From a virus: DNA of 64,000 nt. Below are positions 1 to 9,525 of this stretch, in pieces (the first letter of the stretch is position 1; every line of letters starts with the position of its first letter). The notes beneath the pieces are model-generated. The model ran no database searches. It saw nothing but the letters and a program-made list of their open reading frames with translations, and was not told the origin of the DNA. The stretch is from positions 1-64,000 of the IMG/VR virus record IMGVR_UViG_3300014838_000016; one strand, 5' to 3'. The translations under genes were made by a program, and so were the position numbers.

Positions 1-677
1 CGCCAAAAAGGTTCGCCGAGTGTGCTCAGGTAGAGTGGGTGCGGGTATTCACTAAGCACCCACTTGAACTTGGCCTTCAAAAGCATCTCAACCATTGCTT
101 TGTGATTGACGGTATCGTTGTCGTAAGCCCGAACGTCGCATTCAAGATAGGGAGGATCGAGGTAGACGAAATCGTCAGTCCCCAACGTCTGCCAATCCAT
201 TGCAGCCCAATCGAGTGAGGTTAAGCGCGGGTTTGTAGTGGTTAAAATGGTGTGGCAGTCCCGAATCTTCCGTTGGTAAGTTTCGGTGCTTTGACTTTTA
301 GCACTCCACCCCGGGCCGCCGTTACGGTAGCCCCCACCTGAAAAAGATAGATAGGGCTCAAGGATGATCCTCTGAGGGTCATCTTTCTCAGTGGCGTCCC
401 GCATCTCGTAGTACAGTTGTTTGGATCGTGGGGGGATTACAACATCCTTCCCAATGGAAAATACCGCCTGAAAGAAGGGCATCGTTGCAAAATCATTCAA
501 CCACCACTCTTGGAAAGAACAACGGTTGGCGGCTGTCCAAAAGACGTTGGCGAGTCCGACAAACGGCTCGACGTATATGCGCCCTGACTTTGGGGCTGCG
601 TCGATGATGGTTTTGGCGAGTCGCCCTTTGCCCCCGGGGTATGGTAGGCAGGGGATTTTCGATGTAATACTTCCCAT
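1..677 (-). CDS. DNA adenine methyltransferase, Dam/D12 class (runs off window edge)
   Basis: Manual translation from ATG 677: MGSITSKIPCLPYPGGKGRLA...YVEPFVG...FVYLDPPY. GGK, EPF-x-G and DPPY motifs present. Absent from the ORF track because there is no stop inside the window. Confidence 0.9.
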   Translation of the reverse strand, partial: MGSITSKIPCLPYPGGKGRLAKTIIDAAPKSGRIYVEPFVGLANVFWTAANRCSFQEWWLNDFATMPFFQAVFSIGKDVVIPPRSKQLYYEMRDATEKDDPQRIILEPYLSFSGGGYRNGGPGWSAKSQSTETYQRKIRDCHTILTTTNPRLTSLDWAAMDWQTLGTDDFVYLDPPYLECDVRAYDNDTVNHKAMVEMLLKAKFKWVLSEYPHPLYLSTLGEPFW

Positions 678-728
678 TCAAACACCTTCATACAGGCGCT
701 TGGAAGTCAAACTTTAGAATTCTTTGGT

Positions 729-1106
729 ATGGACCGCACAAATCAGACTGGTGAGATCATGGCCGACCTGCTAAAAGTAGCCGACGCCATGCCATATAGA
801 GAGGGGCATAAGGATGTTGGGGTGTGGAAAGGTAAGCCTTTTTGGATCGGTGCGTGCTCCACATTAGACGGTCAGATTGAAGAAGTTTATACCTACGCGG
901 AAGCCGAGGCCGTAGATTTCCAGCACAAAATGCTGTTCAGCCCTGAAATTTTGGATAGGGAGCCGTGGGATGACGATGATCCTTCGCCCGTGGCGGTTTT
1001 CTGGCTCGAAGCTGACGGCGATATCAAAAGCCTGCGACAAAACCTCACACCCGCAATCAAGCAACGTATCAAAGAGCAAATTACCTCCAGCAGACGCTCA
1101 AGGTAG
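729..1106 (+). CDS. hypothetical protein (start may be ATG 759)
   Basis: 125 aa ORF divergent from the MTase. Confidence 0.6.
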   Translation: MDRTNQTGEIMADLLKVADAMPYREGHKDVGVWKGKPFWIGACSTLDGQIEEVYTYAEAEAVDFQHKMLFSPEILDREPWDDDDPSPVAVFWLEADGDIKSLRQNLTPAIKQRIKEQITSSRRSR

Positions 1107-1148
1107 GTTTTTCGGCTTTTCTCCGTATTAAGTAGGGGATCAACCGAC

Positions 1149-1412
1149 TTGCTTACCACACTCGACACACAATCTTGGGCAAAAGAATTAGTAACTGGAA
1201 ATGCCCAATTTATTGAGGTTTCCGCAGGCAGTCCGCCCGCTCTGACGATCTATGTCGTCTCGAACGTCAGGGCGGACAACAGCTTCGCCATCCTGCATTC
1301 CATCCCCCCACCGCCCGCAGGCTTCGCCCCGGGCCCCGGCTCCAACTTCCTCACGGTAGCCGCATACACGTTCTCTAGGCCAAACAGCGGCTTCGATCCT
1401 GTCGTAGCCTAA
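1149..1412 (+). CDS. N-terminal segment of the large virion protein (in frame with 1428..6221)
   Basis: Same frame as the next ORF. Reads FDPVVA*DSGTGLLHIIG across TAA 1410-1412. Contains GSPP. Confidence 0.65.
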   Translation: MLTTLDTQSWAKELVTGNAQFIEVSAGSPPALTIYVVSNVRADNSFAILHSIPPPPAGFAPGPGSNFLTVAAYTFSRPNSGFDPVVA

Positions 1413-1427
1413 GATTCGGGCACTGGG

Positions 1428-4400
1428 TTGCTGCACATCATCGGGACGCAGAACAATGCGATCAACTCCCGCTACTCGGACCTGATTAAGTTCACTTTCG
1501 ACACGAACACCCAGACCCTCTCAGGACCGCACATCCTGACAACCGCTTCGGCGGTTCGCGATGGGTACGACATGGTGGTGTTGGCTAACGGACACCGTTT
1601 CATTGCTGTGTCGGTTCTAGACGCCGAAGTACCGCCCCTGTTCCAAGCTCCGATCACGTTTGTGAGTATCGCTACCACGGGAACGCCCGCAGAAACCACG
1701 CTGACGATCACAGCAAGCAACACGTTCTCGGAAGGTCAATTGGCTACCCTGACGGGGCTGACCAACGCCACGTTCCTTAACGGTGTGACGGTGCAGGTCT
1801 TGGATGCATCACCGACCCAGTTCACTGCGGCATTCACCACCAATTTCCCCGACTACTCCGCACCCGATACGGGTCTGGCAACTCCGTTCTATTCTGGCGA
1901 AAACCTGCTCGCATTCGAACTGGATACCAGCGATAACTACGTTACGGGCTCGCTCCACATCGTCGCGTCTTCGCCCGACCGCTCTGGCAATACATTCAGT
2001 GCCGTAAGTTTGGTGACCCCCGATGGGCTGGACATCGAACTTTACTACGGAGCGCACCCGAAGGTTTACAACTTCAAAGATCAGTTGTTTACGATCAACC
2101 TCATCAACCGCACTACGACACTCAGTCCTCCCGTCTCGGGTGTTTGGGATGCCGCGCCGACCAATCTCTTTACGTTCACGTCACGCTACGCCGACGATAG
2201 CCTGACCGTCATACCTGATTTATTTGGCAACCGATATCTTAGCTGGTCATTTTGGACACAGAGCAATCACCCCGAAGGGCTCATCGGTAACGTGGTACTT
2301 GGAACCTTGCAAGTGGGGAATCCATGGCTCTTTAGCCCGATTTATGGTACTTCGCTCAACGGTTCAGTCGTTCAAGCAACCCTGTCGGTCACGCAGTTCG
2401 GCTCTGTGAGCTTGGCGTATCTGCTGGAGCCATTCAATTTAGTGACTCCAATCCCCGCGATGGGGACGTTCCCCGCATACCCGCTTTACGTGGCGACCGT
2501 CACCCCGACATTGGGCATCACAAACACCGCAGGGTGGTACAACCAACAGGTCTTCACATGGCTACGGGGAACAAACGTACCTCTCGATGATGCGAGCACG
2601 TGGGCGTTTGTTGGCGAGGCATCCCGAATCATCCCGGTTACCAATGAGGTACAGACGATCCCAGCCTCGGGGGTGGTTCAGGTAGACAATTTCTCCGATA
2701 CCCCGTTTTCCAACTACTGGGAAAATGTGGGGGTTACTTATTCGCAGACTGGTGTGCCGCTGGTTGAAGTTGCGACTGCACCCGCACAGGGGCAGTATCA
2801 AGTGGAGCCCACCAACGGGCTTTATATCTTTAATTTGGCGGATGTCGGAGCAGGCGTACAGATCAGCTACAGCTACGTGGGCATGATCCTTCCCGTGTAC
2901 GTCTCGCTGTTCAATGTTCCACCGATTGTTGGGATGGAACCGCCCTCGTCGCTGTGTGGTCCGCCTCTGATTGTGTATCGTGATACGGGTTCGCCACTGG
3001 GTCAGCCAGTCACGCTCAGTGCGGCGGGAACCGTAGACCCCGATCAAGACGCCATCGAATATTGGTGGTCAGATAACGATACGTCGGGATTTGTGACACT
3101 GACTCCCAGCGGGTTTTGGACGCTTAGTGATACCTCCGTCCTCTCGGTCAGCCCATTGATTGACAGGCCAGCGGTTGCTTTCAACGTTGGAGTCGCGGCG
3201 GTAGACCTTTACCTCGATCTCACCACGCAACGTCATCCACCCCTGAACGTGTCGGCGTACCAAATACTGAACGCTAGCCCTCTGATGGTTGAGTTCACAG
3301 TGAGCAATACCCCCGTTGGCAACCCGCCTACCAACACCCCAACTTTGCCGCTGGCGATAGGCGAAGAAGTCATGACTTGGAACATTATGGCGCTCAGCCC
3401 ACCGTCGATTATTCAGTCGTTGAACGATCAATTATGGTATGTGACGGCATCAACATCCACGACTTTTACGGCAGTGCCGCTTTGTGACATGGGGGGCAGT
3501 CCTCCATCACCCCCGCCGCCATCTCCAGTCACCACGGAGCTAGGCTCAGCGGCAAACTACGCCCTACTCGCTTACAGCGGGATCACGAATGCCGACCCAT
3601 CAACCTCGATTTCTGGGGGTGTTATTGGCTCAGCCCCAATCATGAGCATCACGGGCTTTAATCCCCCTACGGCGACCGTAGACAACGCCGATGCCCCAGC
3701 CGCACGTACTGCGGGTAATGCGGCATTTCTCTACTACAGTGGGTTGACCCCAACTCAGACGGGTCTTGCAGACCTCAGCACGAATGATGGTGGGGGCGGT
3801 GTGGGCGTCTATCACGCGGGGGTTTTCTCAGGCGGTGCCTTGGACATGCCTACCAGTATCACCCTTGACGCTCAAGGCGACCCGAATGCTGTGTTTGTAT
3901 TCATCAGCGCATCCACCACAGTTCTTGAGAGTGGTGCATCGATTATCCTCGCCAATGGTGCCCAAGCTTCGAATGTGGTCTGGGTGGTTGGTAGTTCTTT
4001 CACTTCTATTTGGAATGGCATCTCGTCGAACATGGTCGGTAACATCCTCGCCTATGCCAGTATCACCCTTGGCGGCGGAATTTTGGATGGTAGAGCCCTC
4101 GCTGTAGGCGGTGGTAATGGAGCAGTCACTATCGCGGTCGCCGAGGCGGTCACTGTGCCCGCGAGCGGCCCGCCGCCGAGCCCAGTTATCGGCGTGACGG
4201 GGTATGCGATCCCACAGTTCCAGTTCTCCGTGATTACAGTAGAAGTGCCGTACAACGCACCCCCCGAGATCGTGTTCCCAAGCCCCGTATGGGAGGCTGT
4301 CGGCTCACCGCCAACAAGCTTTATCCTTCTGGAGCCTGTAACGGTTACTCGGAACACTGAAATTACCATTACGCCCGACGCGATCACCAATCCTGCTGTA

Positions 4401-6221
4401 CAGTTCCCAGTGGAGTACTTCGGCATCTATGACCCAGATGACGTTGTTACTTACTCATGGGCACAAACATCAGGCACCCCCGTTACCATCGTCGGTAGCT
4501 CGAATTTGCCGACGTTTACATTCAAAACGAATGGCATGGCGATACAGGGTGAGAGTCTCATATTTGAACTTACGCTTTGCGATGGGATTGGTTTCGCCCC
4601 TTGCACCACAGTCGAGTTCACGATTCCCGTCGCTGGGTACGATTTCTCGTGTTTTATCGACACCCTTCAGTTGTCGCGGTCGGTTTTCTCAAACAACATT
4701 TCCCAACGTAATTGTCAGGGGACGTGGGGAGATGTGGATATTTCAATTCTCTATAACGACCTCGCCGCCATCAAACGGAATTCGGTAAACGACGGCACTG
4801 ACCGCTACCTTGTGATTTCGCCCTACTCGGTACTCGTGTACGGCGGCATCTATTTGAGCAGCCAGAATCCCATGGTTCTGTTGCGGAAGTTGTTCACCCC
4901 TAACCAGACAAAGATCATAGACGCCGTTCATACCGAGGACGACTATACGCTGGTGCTCGATGAAGCAGGCAACGTGTTTCGTTACACCACAGCCGCCTTT
5001 ATTTACACGGATAATCCCGACACAGTAATCAACCTGTCAAGCATTTCCACATTCACGTTCAACCGCATCCTCTGCACATACAGCTACGCTAATCAGCGAG
5101 TTTTAATGTTCGGTGGACCCGATGGTGTCCTGCTTTTACAAGTCAGAAATGACACCTTGCAGACAACGGGAATCATGGAAATCGACGTTGCATCGAATCA
5201 GTTGTACGGAGCTAATAACGTGCAATTTATTCGTACCGTTGGCGTCGAAAGTCTACGTTCGGGGCAAATCTTGATTGGAAGCATTTTGAACGCACAGGCC
5301 AAAATCACAAGCATTGAGATCGTGAACAACACACTGACGGTGATTTGTGACAATAATTTCCAAATCGGCGATACTGTTATTTTGAATGGACTTCAGCCCT
5401 CGGGCTCCCCACCGTTCACCTCACCCCTGAACGGTCTCGGTGTTCAAGTCATCGCGGCAACAAACTTGTGGTTTCAAGCGTCAATTGTTTATCCAGACTC
5501 CACCGCTTGCACACCCGTGCCCCCAGCACCCGGCATAACCCTGAACATAACTTCGGTAGCCCCCACTGGTGGTGACTTCGCCATCTATACGGGCACAATC
5601 ACGGGTGGTGCTAATAACGCTTATTTTGGGCTCATGGCGACAATTTTGGGGTTCACGAATCCTACGAATAACGGGGTATTTCTTTGCTCAGGCTCCACCG
5701 CCACTACCATGACATTTAACAACGCGGCGGCGGTAACCGAAGGACCATCTCCCGGTACGGTTACGTTGGCCGTTACAGAGACGGGTACTGCAATCGCTAC
5801 GAACGACGGACAGACGTATGAAACCCTCATCAGCTTAGCTCAAGGGGTCATCATCGGTACGTGGAATTCTTCCAAGCTGAAGAATCAATTCGTGAACACG
5901 GGTGAAATCTTGTTTGATCCTAACAGCCAGTACACGGGCTACCCGTTACCTCCAGCCGATGTCACGGCTACCTCCAAATTCACCGCGAATGGAACCGTTG
6001 TGACCATCAGTTGGGTACAGCAGCGTTCCGACCTCGTGTCTTCGTACAACGTTCAGTATTCCACAGATGGAATCAATTTCCCCCAGCTTCAACTGGTGGG
6101 TTCTGGCAATATTCAAAGTATAAACGTACAGTTGGCACCCGGGACGTACTATTTCCGAGTTCAGGCGTTTTCATTGGACGGCACCTCGGATTTTTCAAAC
6201 GTGGCTACAATAACCATCTAA
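1428..6221 (+). CDS. large virion structural/adhesin protein with PKD/Ig-like, DUF3494 and C-terminal FN3 domains
   Basis: PKD-like DPDQDAIEYWW and DPDDVVTYSWAQTSG segments; FN3-like end (VTISW..YNVQYS..LAPGTYYFRVQA); Thr/Ser/Gly rich. Confidence 0.8.
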   Translation: MLHIIGTQNNAINSRYSDLIKFTFDTNTQTLSGPHILTTASAVRDGYDMVVLANGHRFIAVSVLDAEVPPLFQAPITFVSIATTGTPAETTLTITASNTFSEGQLATLTGLTNATFLNGVTVQVLDASPTQFTAAFTTNFPDYSAPDTGLATPFYSGENLLAFELDTSDNYVTGSLHIVASSPDRSGNTFSAVSLVTPDGLDIELYYGAHPKVYNFKDQLFTINLINRTTTLSPPVSGVWDAAPTNLFTFTSRYADDSLTVIPDLFGNRYLSWSFWTQSNHPEGLIGNVVLGTLQVGNPWLFSPIYGTSLNGSVVQATLSVTQFGSVSLAYLLEPFNLVTPIPAMGTFPAYPLYVATVTPTLGITNTAGWYNQQVFTWLRGTNVPLDDASTWAFVGEASRIIPVTNEVQTIPASGVVQVDNFSDTPFSNYWENVGVTYSQTGVPLVEVATAPAQGQYQVEPTNGLYIFNLADVGAGVQISYSYVGMILPVYVSLFNVPPIVGMEPPSSLCGPPLIVYRDTGSPLGQPVTLSAAGTVDPDQDAIEYWWSDNDTSGFVTLTPSGFWTLSDTSVLSVSPLIDRPAVAFNVGVAAVDLYLDLTTQRHPPLNVSAYQILNASPLMVEFTVSNTPVGNPPTNTPTLPLAIGEEVMTWNIMALSPPSIIQSLNDQLWYVTASTSTTFTAVPLCDMGGSPPSPPPPSPVTTELGSAANYALLAYSGITNADPSTSISGGVIGSAPIMSITGFNPPTATVDNADAPAARTAGNAAFLYYSGLTPTQTGLADLSTNDGGGGVGVYHAGVFSGGALDMPTSITLDAQGDPNAVFVFISASTTVLESGASIILANGAQASNVVWVVGSSFTSIWNGISSNMVGNILAYASITLGGGILDGRALAVGGGNGAVTIAVAEAVTVPASGPPPSPVIGVTGYAIPQFQFSVITVEVPYNAPPEIVFPSPVWEAVGSPPTSFILLEPVTVTRNTEITITPDAITNPAVQFPVEYFGIYDPDDVVTYSWAQTSGTPVTIVGSSNLPTFTFKTNGMAIQGESLIFELTLCDGIGFAPCTTVEFTIPVAGYDFSCFIDTLQLSRSVFSNNISQRNCQGTWGDVDISILYNDLAAIKRNSVNDGTDRYLVISPYSVLVYGGIYLSSQNPMVLLRKLFTPNQTKIIDAVHTEDDYTLVLDEAGNVFRYTTAAFIYTDNPDTVINLSSISTFTFNRILCTYSYANQRVLMFGGPDGVLLLQVRNDTLQTTGIMEIDVASNQLYGANNVQFIRTVGVESLRSGQILIGSILNAQAKITSIEIVNNTLTVICDNNFQIGDTVILNGLQPSGSPPFTSPLNGLGVQVIAATNLWFQASIVYPDSTACTPVPPAPGITLNITSVAPTGGDFAIYTGTITGGANNAYFGLMATILGFTNPTNNGVFLCSGSTATTMTFNNAAAVTEGPSPGTVTLAVTETGTAIATNDGQTYETLISLAQGVIIGTWNSSKLKNQFVNTGEILFDPNSQYTGYPLPPADVTATSKFTANGTVVTISWVQQRSDLVSSYNVQYSTDGINFPQLQLVGSGNIQSINVQLAPGTYYFRVQAFSLDGTSDFSNVATITI
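3540..4160 (+). other. DUF3494 (IBP-1 fold) ice-binding-like domain 1
   Basis: LGSAANYALLA...ITLDAQGDPNAVFVF...LANGAQASNVVWVVGSS...GNILAYASITL...GRALA. Confidence 0.9.
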
Positions 6222-6247
6222 CCTCGGTATTAAAGGTAGAGGGTGCC

Positions 6248-7294
6248 ATGGAATTAGCTACGCAATTGACGGAATTGGAATCCGTCCCCGTATCGTCCGA
6301 CAAGACTGACCTGCAAAAGACCCTGAAACTCCTGTCATCGTTCGACCCCATTGGGTCTCCCTATGTTGCCGTCCAATTCGTCGAAGGGAAGCCCGAGTTC
6401 TATCGCTCAAGCGCCAACGGGTTTGCTCACACCAAGAATTTTCAGGTCGAAGAGATTTTCGTGGACCTGCAACACTTCATTGAATATCTGAAGTACCTAC
6501 CAGACAACGTGGAAGTTAGTGTGGCACCGAACGGTGTCCTACGGCTGTATGCCGTCAGGGATAATTTCCCCACCAACATGTATGTCCACACTGTCCTAAA
6601 GGGGCAAGCTGGGCAAATACGGCATATACCCGTAGGGCGGTCGCTCGAACTCAAACCCAACACGTTTTCGGGTTTGGACGTGCGCCACATCACCAATCTT
6701 TCGGGGCATCCCACGGTTATGAACGGAATGGTTATGATTCCCACGAATACGGGAGCCTTAGTTTATAGCGGTGCCGCCGAGTTCCTGCCGCCAACGAGTG
6801 ACTTCAGCCCCAAGTTCTCATTCCTGAAGCTTGTCAGCGGCGGCGTGGTGGTTGATGACCTGTATGTCTCCCAGAACGGCTATTGGCGTGTGGCGGTTGA
6901 AGGTTTGACGGTCTATATGATGGGACAAGGCCCAGATGCCCGTCTATTCCGTCGAATGACGCTTCCGGGCACTGAAGTCTGCCAGTTCACCGCCAGTGCT
7001 CTGCTTTGGGGGTTATCGGCAGCCACAGGTTTGATCGGGGATACGGAATACGTGGGTATGAGTCCGAGAGATGGCATCACGATTCAGGACAAATTCGGCA
7101 ACCCCGCACAGTGGGCTTTGGATGAGGGGCTGGACTGGCCGAAGTTCCGCATAAACGGCGGGCAGGCAAAGCTGATCGTCAACACCCTCAAGCAGGCTCA
7201 GGACGACAAAATCGTGTTTTATGACGTGCCAAACGACACGTCCCCGCTGCTTCGGTTCACCCGTGGCAATTTTGCTGTCAATGTTTCGCTGTAA
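6248..7294 (+). CDS. putative DNA sliding clamp (beta-clamp-like)
   Basis: 348 aa from ATG 6248. Size and C-terminal pattern (FRIN..LIVNTL..KIVF..PLL) resemble DnaN. DnaX is in the same region. Weak similarity. Confidence 0.4.
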   Translation: MELATQLTELESVPVSSDKTDLQKTLKLLSSFDPIGSPYVAVQFVEGKPEFYRSSANGFAHTKNFQVEEIFVDLQHFIEYLKYLPDNVEVSVAPNGVLRLYAVRDNFPTNMYVHTVLKGQAGQIRHIPVGRSLELKPNTFSGLDVRHITNLSGHPTVMNGMVMIPTNTGALVYSGAAEFLPPTSDFSPKFSFLKLVSGGVVVDDLYVSQNGYWRVAVEGLTVYMMGQGPDARLFRRMTLPGTEVCQFTASALLWGLSAATGLIGDTEYVGMSPRDGITIQDKFGNPAQWALDEGLDWPKFRINGGQAKLIVNTLKQAQDDKIVFYDVPNDTSPLLRFTRGNFAVNVSL

Positions 7295-7310
7295 TCCAGT
7301 ATTAAGCATC

Positions 7311-7712
7311 ATGGAGGCTCGTATGAGCGTTGGAGATGAGCTTGACGGATACCCAGAAGGCATGGAAGACGTAGATATGGAAGACATCACCTTTGATGAC
7401 GCACCGCCGCAGGACAAGGCGGAAGTCGTCGCTAAGGCAGTAGAGGCGACGAAGACACTGATCGCCGCCAAAGCAGTAAAGGTAACAAAGGCGGCACCAT
7501 CACCTAAACCCAAAAAAACGAGGAAACCAACCGTGGCAAAAGCAGCTACCGCAACCGCAAAGAGCAAGCACCGCGTAAACACCGTTGACAGCAACAAGCT
7601 TGAAGCCTATCTGGACAATCTTGTCAATGTCGAGGGCTACACCTTGATCTCCGTGACAGGTTCATCGAGCATCATGGGCGCATTCAGCGTCGTGTCCGTC
7701 AAAGTCGGCTAA
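7311..7712 (+). CDS. hypothetical protein with acidic N-terminus and Lys/Ala-rich linker
   Basis: ATG 7311 or 7323 (GGAGG upstream), downstream of GTATTA. Confidence 0.65.
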   Translation: MEARMSVGDELDGYPEGMEDVDMEDITFDDAPPQDKAEVVAKAVEATKTLIAAKAVKVTKAAPSPKPKKTRKPTVAKAATATAKSKHRVNTVDSNKLEAYLDNLVNVEGYTLISVTGSSSIMGAFSVVSVKVG

Positions 7713-7714
7713 CC

Positions 7715-7954
7715 ATGACTCCGACACTACCAAAAGCGAATTTCACGCAAAGTGATGAATTCAGCCTGATCTCCCACAAGGAGTTGGCTACGCTTCTGCG
7801 GGAAACGGCGACCATGCTCGAACAGGGCGATCTAGCAGGCCGAGGCGGTGCTGTTATCGCTGTCGGCAAGATCGGCGAACCCGGGTCCATCAGGGTCGAT
7901 TTTGACTTCACTGTAGGTGGAGAAGTTCGCAGCATTGGCCTCGGAAGTAAGTAA
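7715..7954 (+). CDS. hypothetical protein
   Basis: Tightly packed ORF. Confidence 0.65.
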   Translation: MTPTLPKANFTQSDEFSLISHKELATLLRETATMLEQGDLAGRGGAVIAVGKIGEPGSIRVDFDFTVGGEVRSIGLGSK

Positions 7955-7965
7955 CTCGGAACAAC

Positions 7966-8655
7966 ATGGATGCAGCACTGGTTTCGCGCATTGCTTCCGT
8001 CCGCTCTACTGTTGAACGTCTCGACCAACAGTTGGAGTATGAGGAGTCGTCGATACATCGTCTTACGGAAAGAATAAAAACCCTAGAGTCGGAAAAGGTT
8101 TTGTTGGTAAAAGCTGTCGGACTCATCGACCGCTGCATCCAAGTCATCTCAGCCAACGGCATCGGCAAGATCGAAAGCATCGTGAGCGACGGCCTGCGTC
8201 GTGTCTTTGATGACCCCACCTTGACCCTCGTTGTCGATAAGAAGTCGGGGGCACGAGGCAACACTTACAGCCTTCTGGTCAGTAAGGACGGCGGCGAGCC
8301 CTACGATCCAATGAAATCCTACGGCGGGGGCGTAGCAAATGTTGTGAGTCTTTTGCTACGTTTGATTTTGATAAAACGGTTTCGTCTAGCTAAACTCCTT
8401 GTGCTAGATGAGCAATTCAATAACGTGTCCGTTGATTACCTACCCGCTGTCTCGGCCCTTCTTAAAACACTGACGGATAGGCATGACTACACTATCTTAG
8501 CAGTAACCCACCAGCCCATTCTCGCACTCGAAGCTGACCGCATCTACCAATTACACACAGTTAATGGGTTTCCGACTTTGAGGACTATGGGTAAAGAAGA
8601 AATTTACGGAGCCATGCGTGATGCCTCGAAAACGGAAGAGCCCGATTCGCTTTGA
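7966..8655 (+). CDS. Rad50/SbcC/gp46-like ABC ATPase, C-terminal half
   Basis: N-terminal coiled coil, signature-like SYGGG, Walker B LLVLDE, H-loop VTH; no Walker A. Confidence 0.8.
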   Translation: MDAALVSRIASVRSTVERLDQQLEYEESSIHRLTERIKTLESEKVLLVKAVGLIDRCIQVISANGIGKIESIVSDGLRRVFDDPTLTLVVDKKSGARGNTYSLLVSKDGGEPYDPMKSYGGGVANVVSLLLRLILIKRFRLAKLLVLDEQFNNVSVDYLPAVSALLKTLTDRHDYTILAVTHQPILALEADRIYQLHTVNGFPTLRTMGKEEIYGAMRDASKTEEPDSL

Positions 8656-8675
8656 TCCAAAGAATAGATGGGGTA

Positions 8676-8684
8676 TGGTATAAT
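8676..8684 (+). promoter_or_regulatory. extended -10 promoter TGGTATAAT, probably leaderless start at ATG 8692
   Basis: TG-n-TATAAT 7 nt before ATG. Confidence 0.6.
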
Positions 8685-8691
8685 CAAATCC

Positions 8692-8901
8692 ATGAATGAA
8701 CCTACCTATTTAGGGACGAAAGTCTACGAAAACGGGCGGAACTTCGCGCATGAAATCGGCGAGATTATTCGATCAGGTAAGGACGGATTTATTACCCGTG
8801 CGGTCGCCAAGGAACGGATCAAGGCCATCCTGATGAAGGACGCTGAGATGTTGGAGCCTGAATCTGAAGAATCCAAATTTCTCGAAAGACTGATGAAATA
8901 A
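8692..8901 (+). CDS. hypothetical protein
   Basis: ORF following the -10 element. Confidence 0.6.
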   Translation: MNEPTYLGTKVYENGRNFAHEIGEIIRSGKDGFITRAVAKERIKAILMKDAEMLEPESEESKFLERLMK

Positions 8902-8919
8902 CGTTGAAGAGCTTCCTCC

Positions 8920-9525
8920 ATGAACGATCCGCTGCTGAAGAAGATCAAGCTCAAGTCGCCTGAGGAAATTATAACTCGCGCCAGAGATATTATTAGCAGA
9001 CACCGCCGTCGCTTCCTCTCGCGGAATCTTCACCCCTGCCCCGGAAATTGCGCTATGGCGGAAATGATGGGCCGTAGGGTCACGGGTTGTTCTGGCTGTG
9101 AATCCATTGACCCAAACAAATGCCTCCGTCCCGACAAATTCAAGCCCGCGTATTCCAAGGAAGAACTTGCGGCTCAGTTTGCCGAAGAGCTTCGAGACCC
9201 GGGAACCCTTCTCAGGGACTATCGAGATGTGGTAGTATTCTTCTGGGTGCTAGGTGCGTTTGACGAGGAAAAACGAGTAGACGAAGAGATCGTTTCGAAA
9301 GTGGAGAAAAAACATGTGGAAGCTGGAAGTTCCGCTGCAAACCCAAGTCGAGATGGGTCAACTGCGATACCATCTCAGGACGTACCGACTGATAGCCATC
9401 CTCCTGATCGGCGGGATAACGACGCTGGCACTGGTGATGCGGACGCAGAACCAAACTATAACAGGGCAGAGAGCAACTATTCGTCAGTTGATGCAAGATT
9501 GTCCAGTCGCACCAAAGTGACATAA
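8920..9525 (+). CDS. Cys-rich hypothetical protein
   Basis: CPGNC..CSGC..C; stop overlaps the primase start. Confidence 0.6.
   Translation: MNDPLLKKIKLKSPEEIITRARDIISRHRRRFLSRNLHPCPGNCAMAEMMGRRVTGCSGCESIDPNKCLRPDKFKPAYSKEELAAQFAEELRDPGTLLRDYRDVVVFFWVLGAFDEEKRVDEEIVSKVEKKHVEAGSSAANPSRDGSTAIPSQDVPTDSHPPDRRDNDAGTGDADAEPNYNRAESNYSSVDARLSSRTKVT
9314..9520 (+). CDS. small membrane protein nested in the previous ORF
   Basis: GGAG RBS, TM helix LIAILLIGGITTLALVM, coiled-coil tail. Confidence 0.5.
   Translation: MWKLEVPLQTQVEMGQLRYHLRTYRLIAILLIGGITTLALVMRTQNQTITGQRATIRQLMQDCPVAPK

Noticed and set aside
1410-1412. Stop-codon reassignment
   Set aside because: TAA, TAG and TGA all end well-packed genes across the window; this is a single isolated case
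6011-6247. N-terminal extension of the clamp-like ORF
   Set aside because: Overlaps the FN3 domain of the upstream gene; promoter and RBS point to ATG 6248
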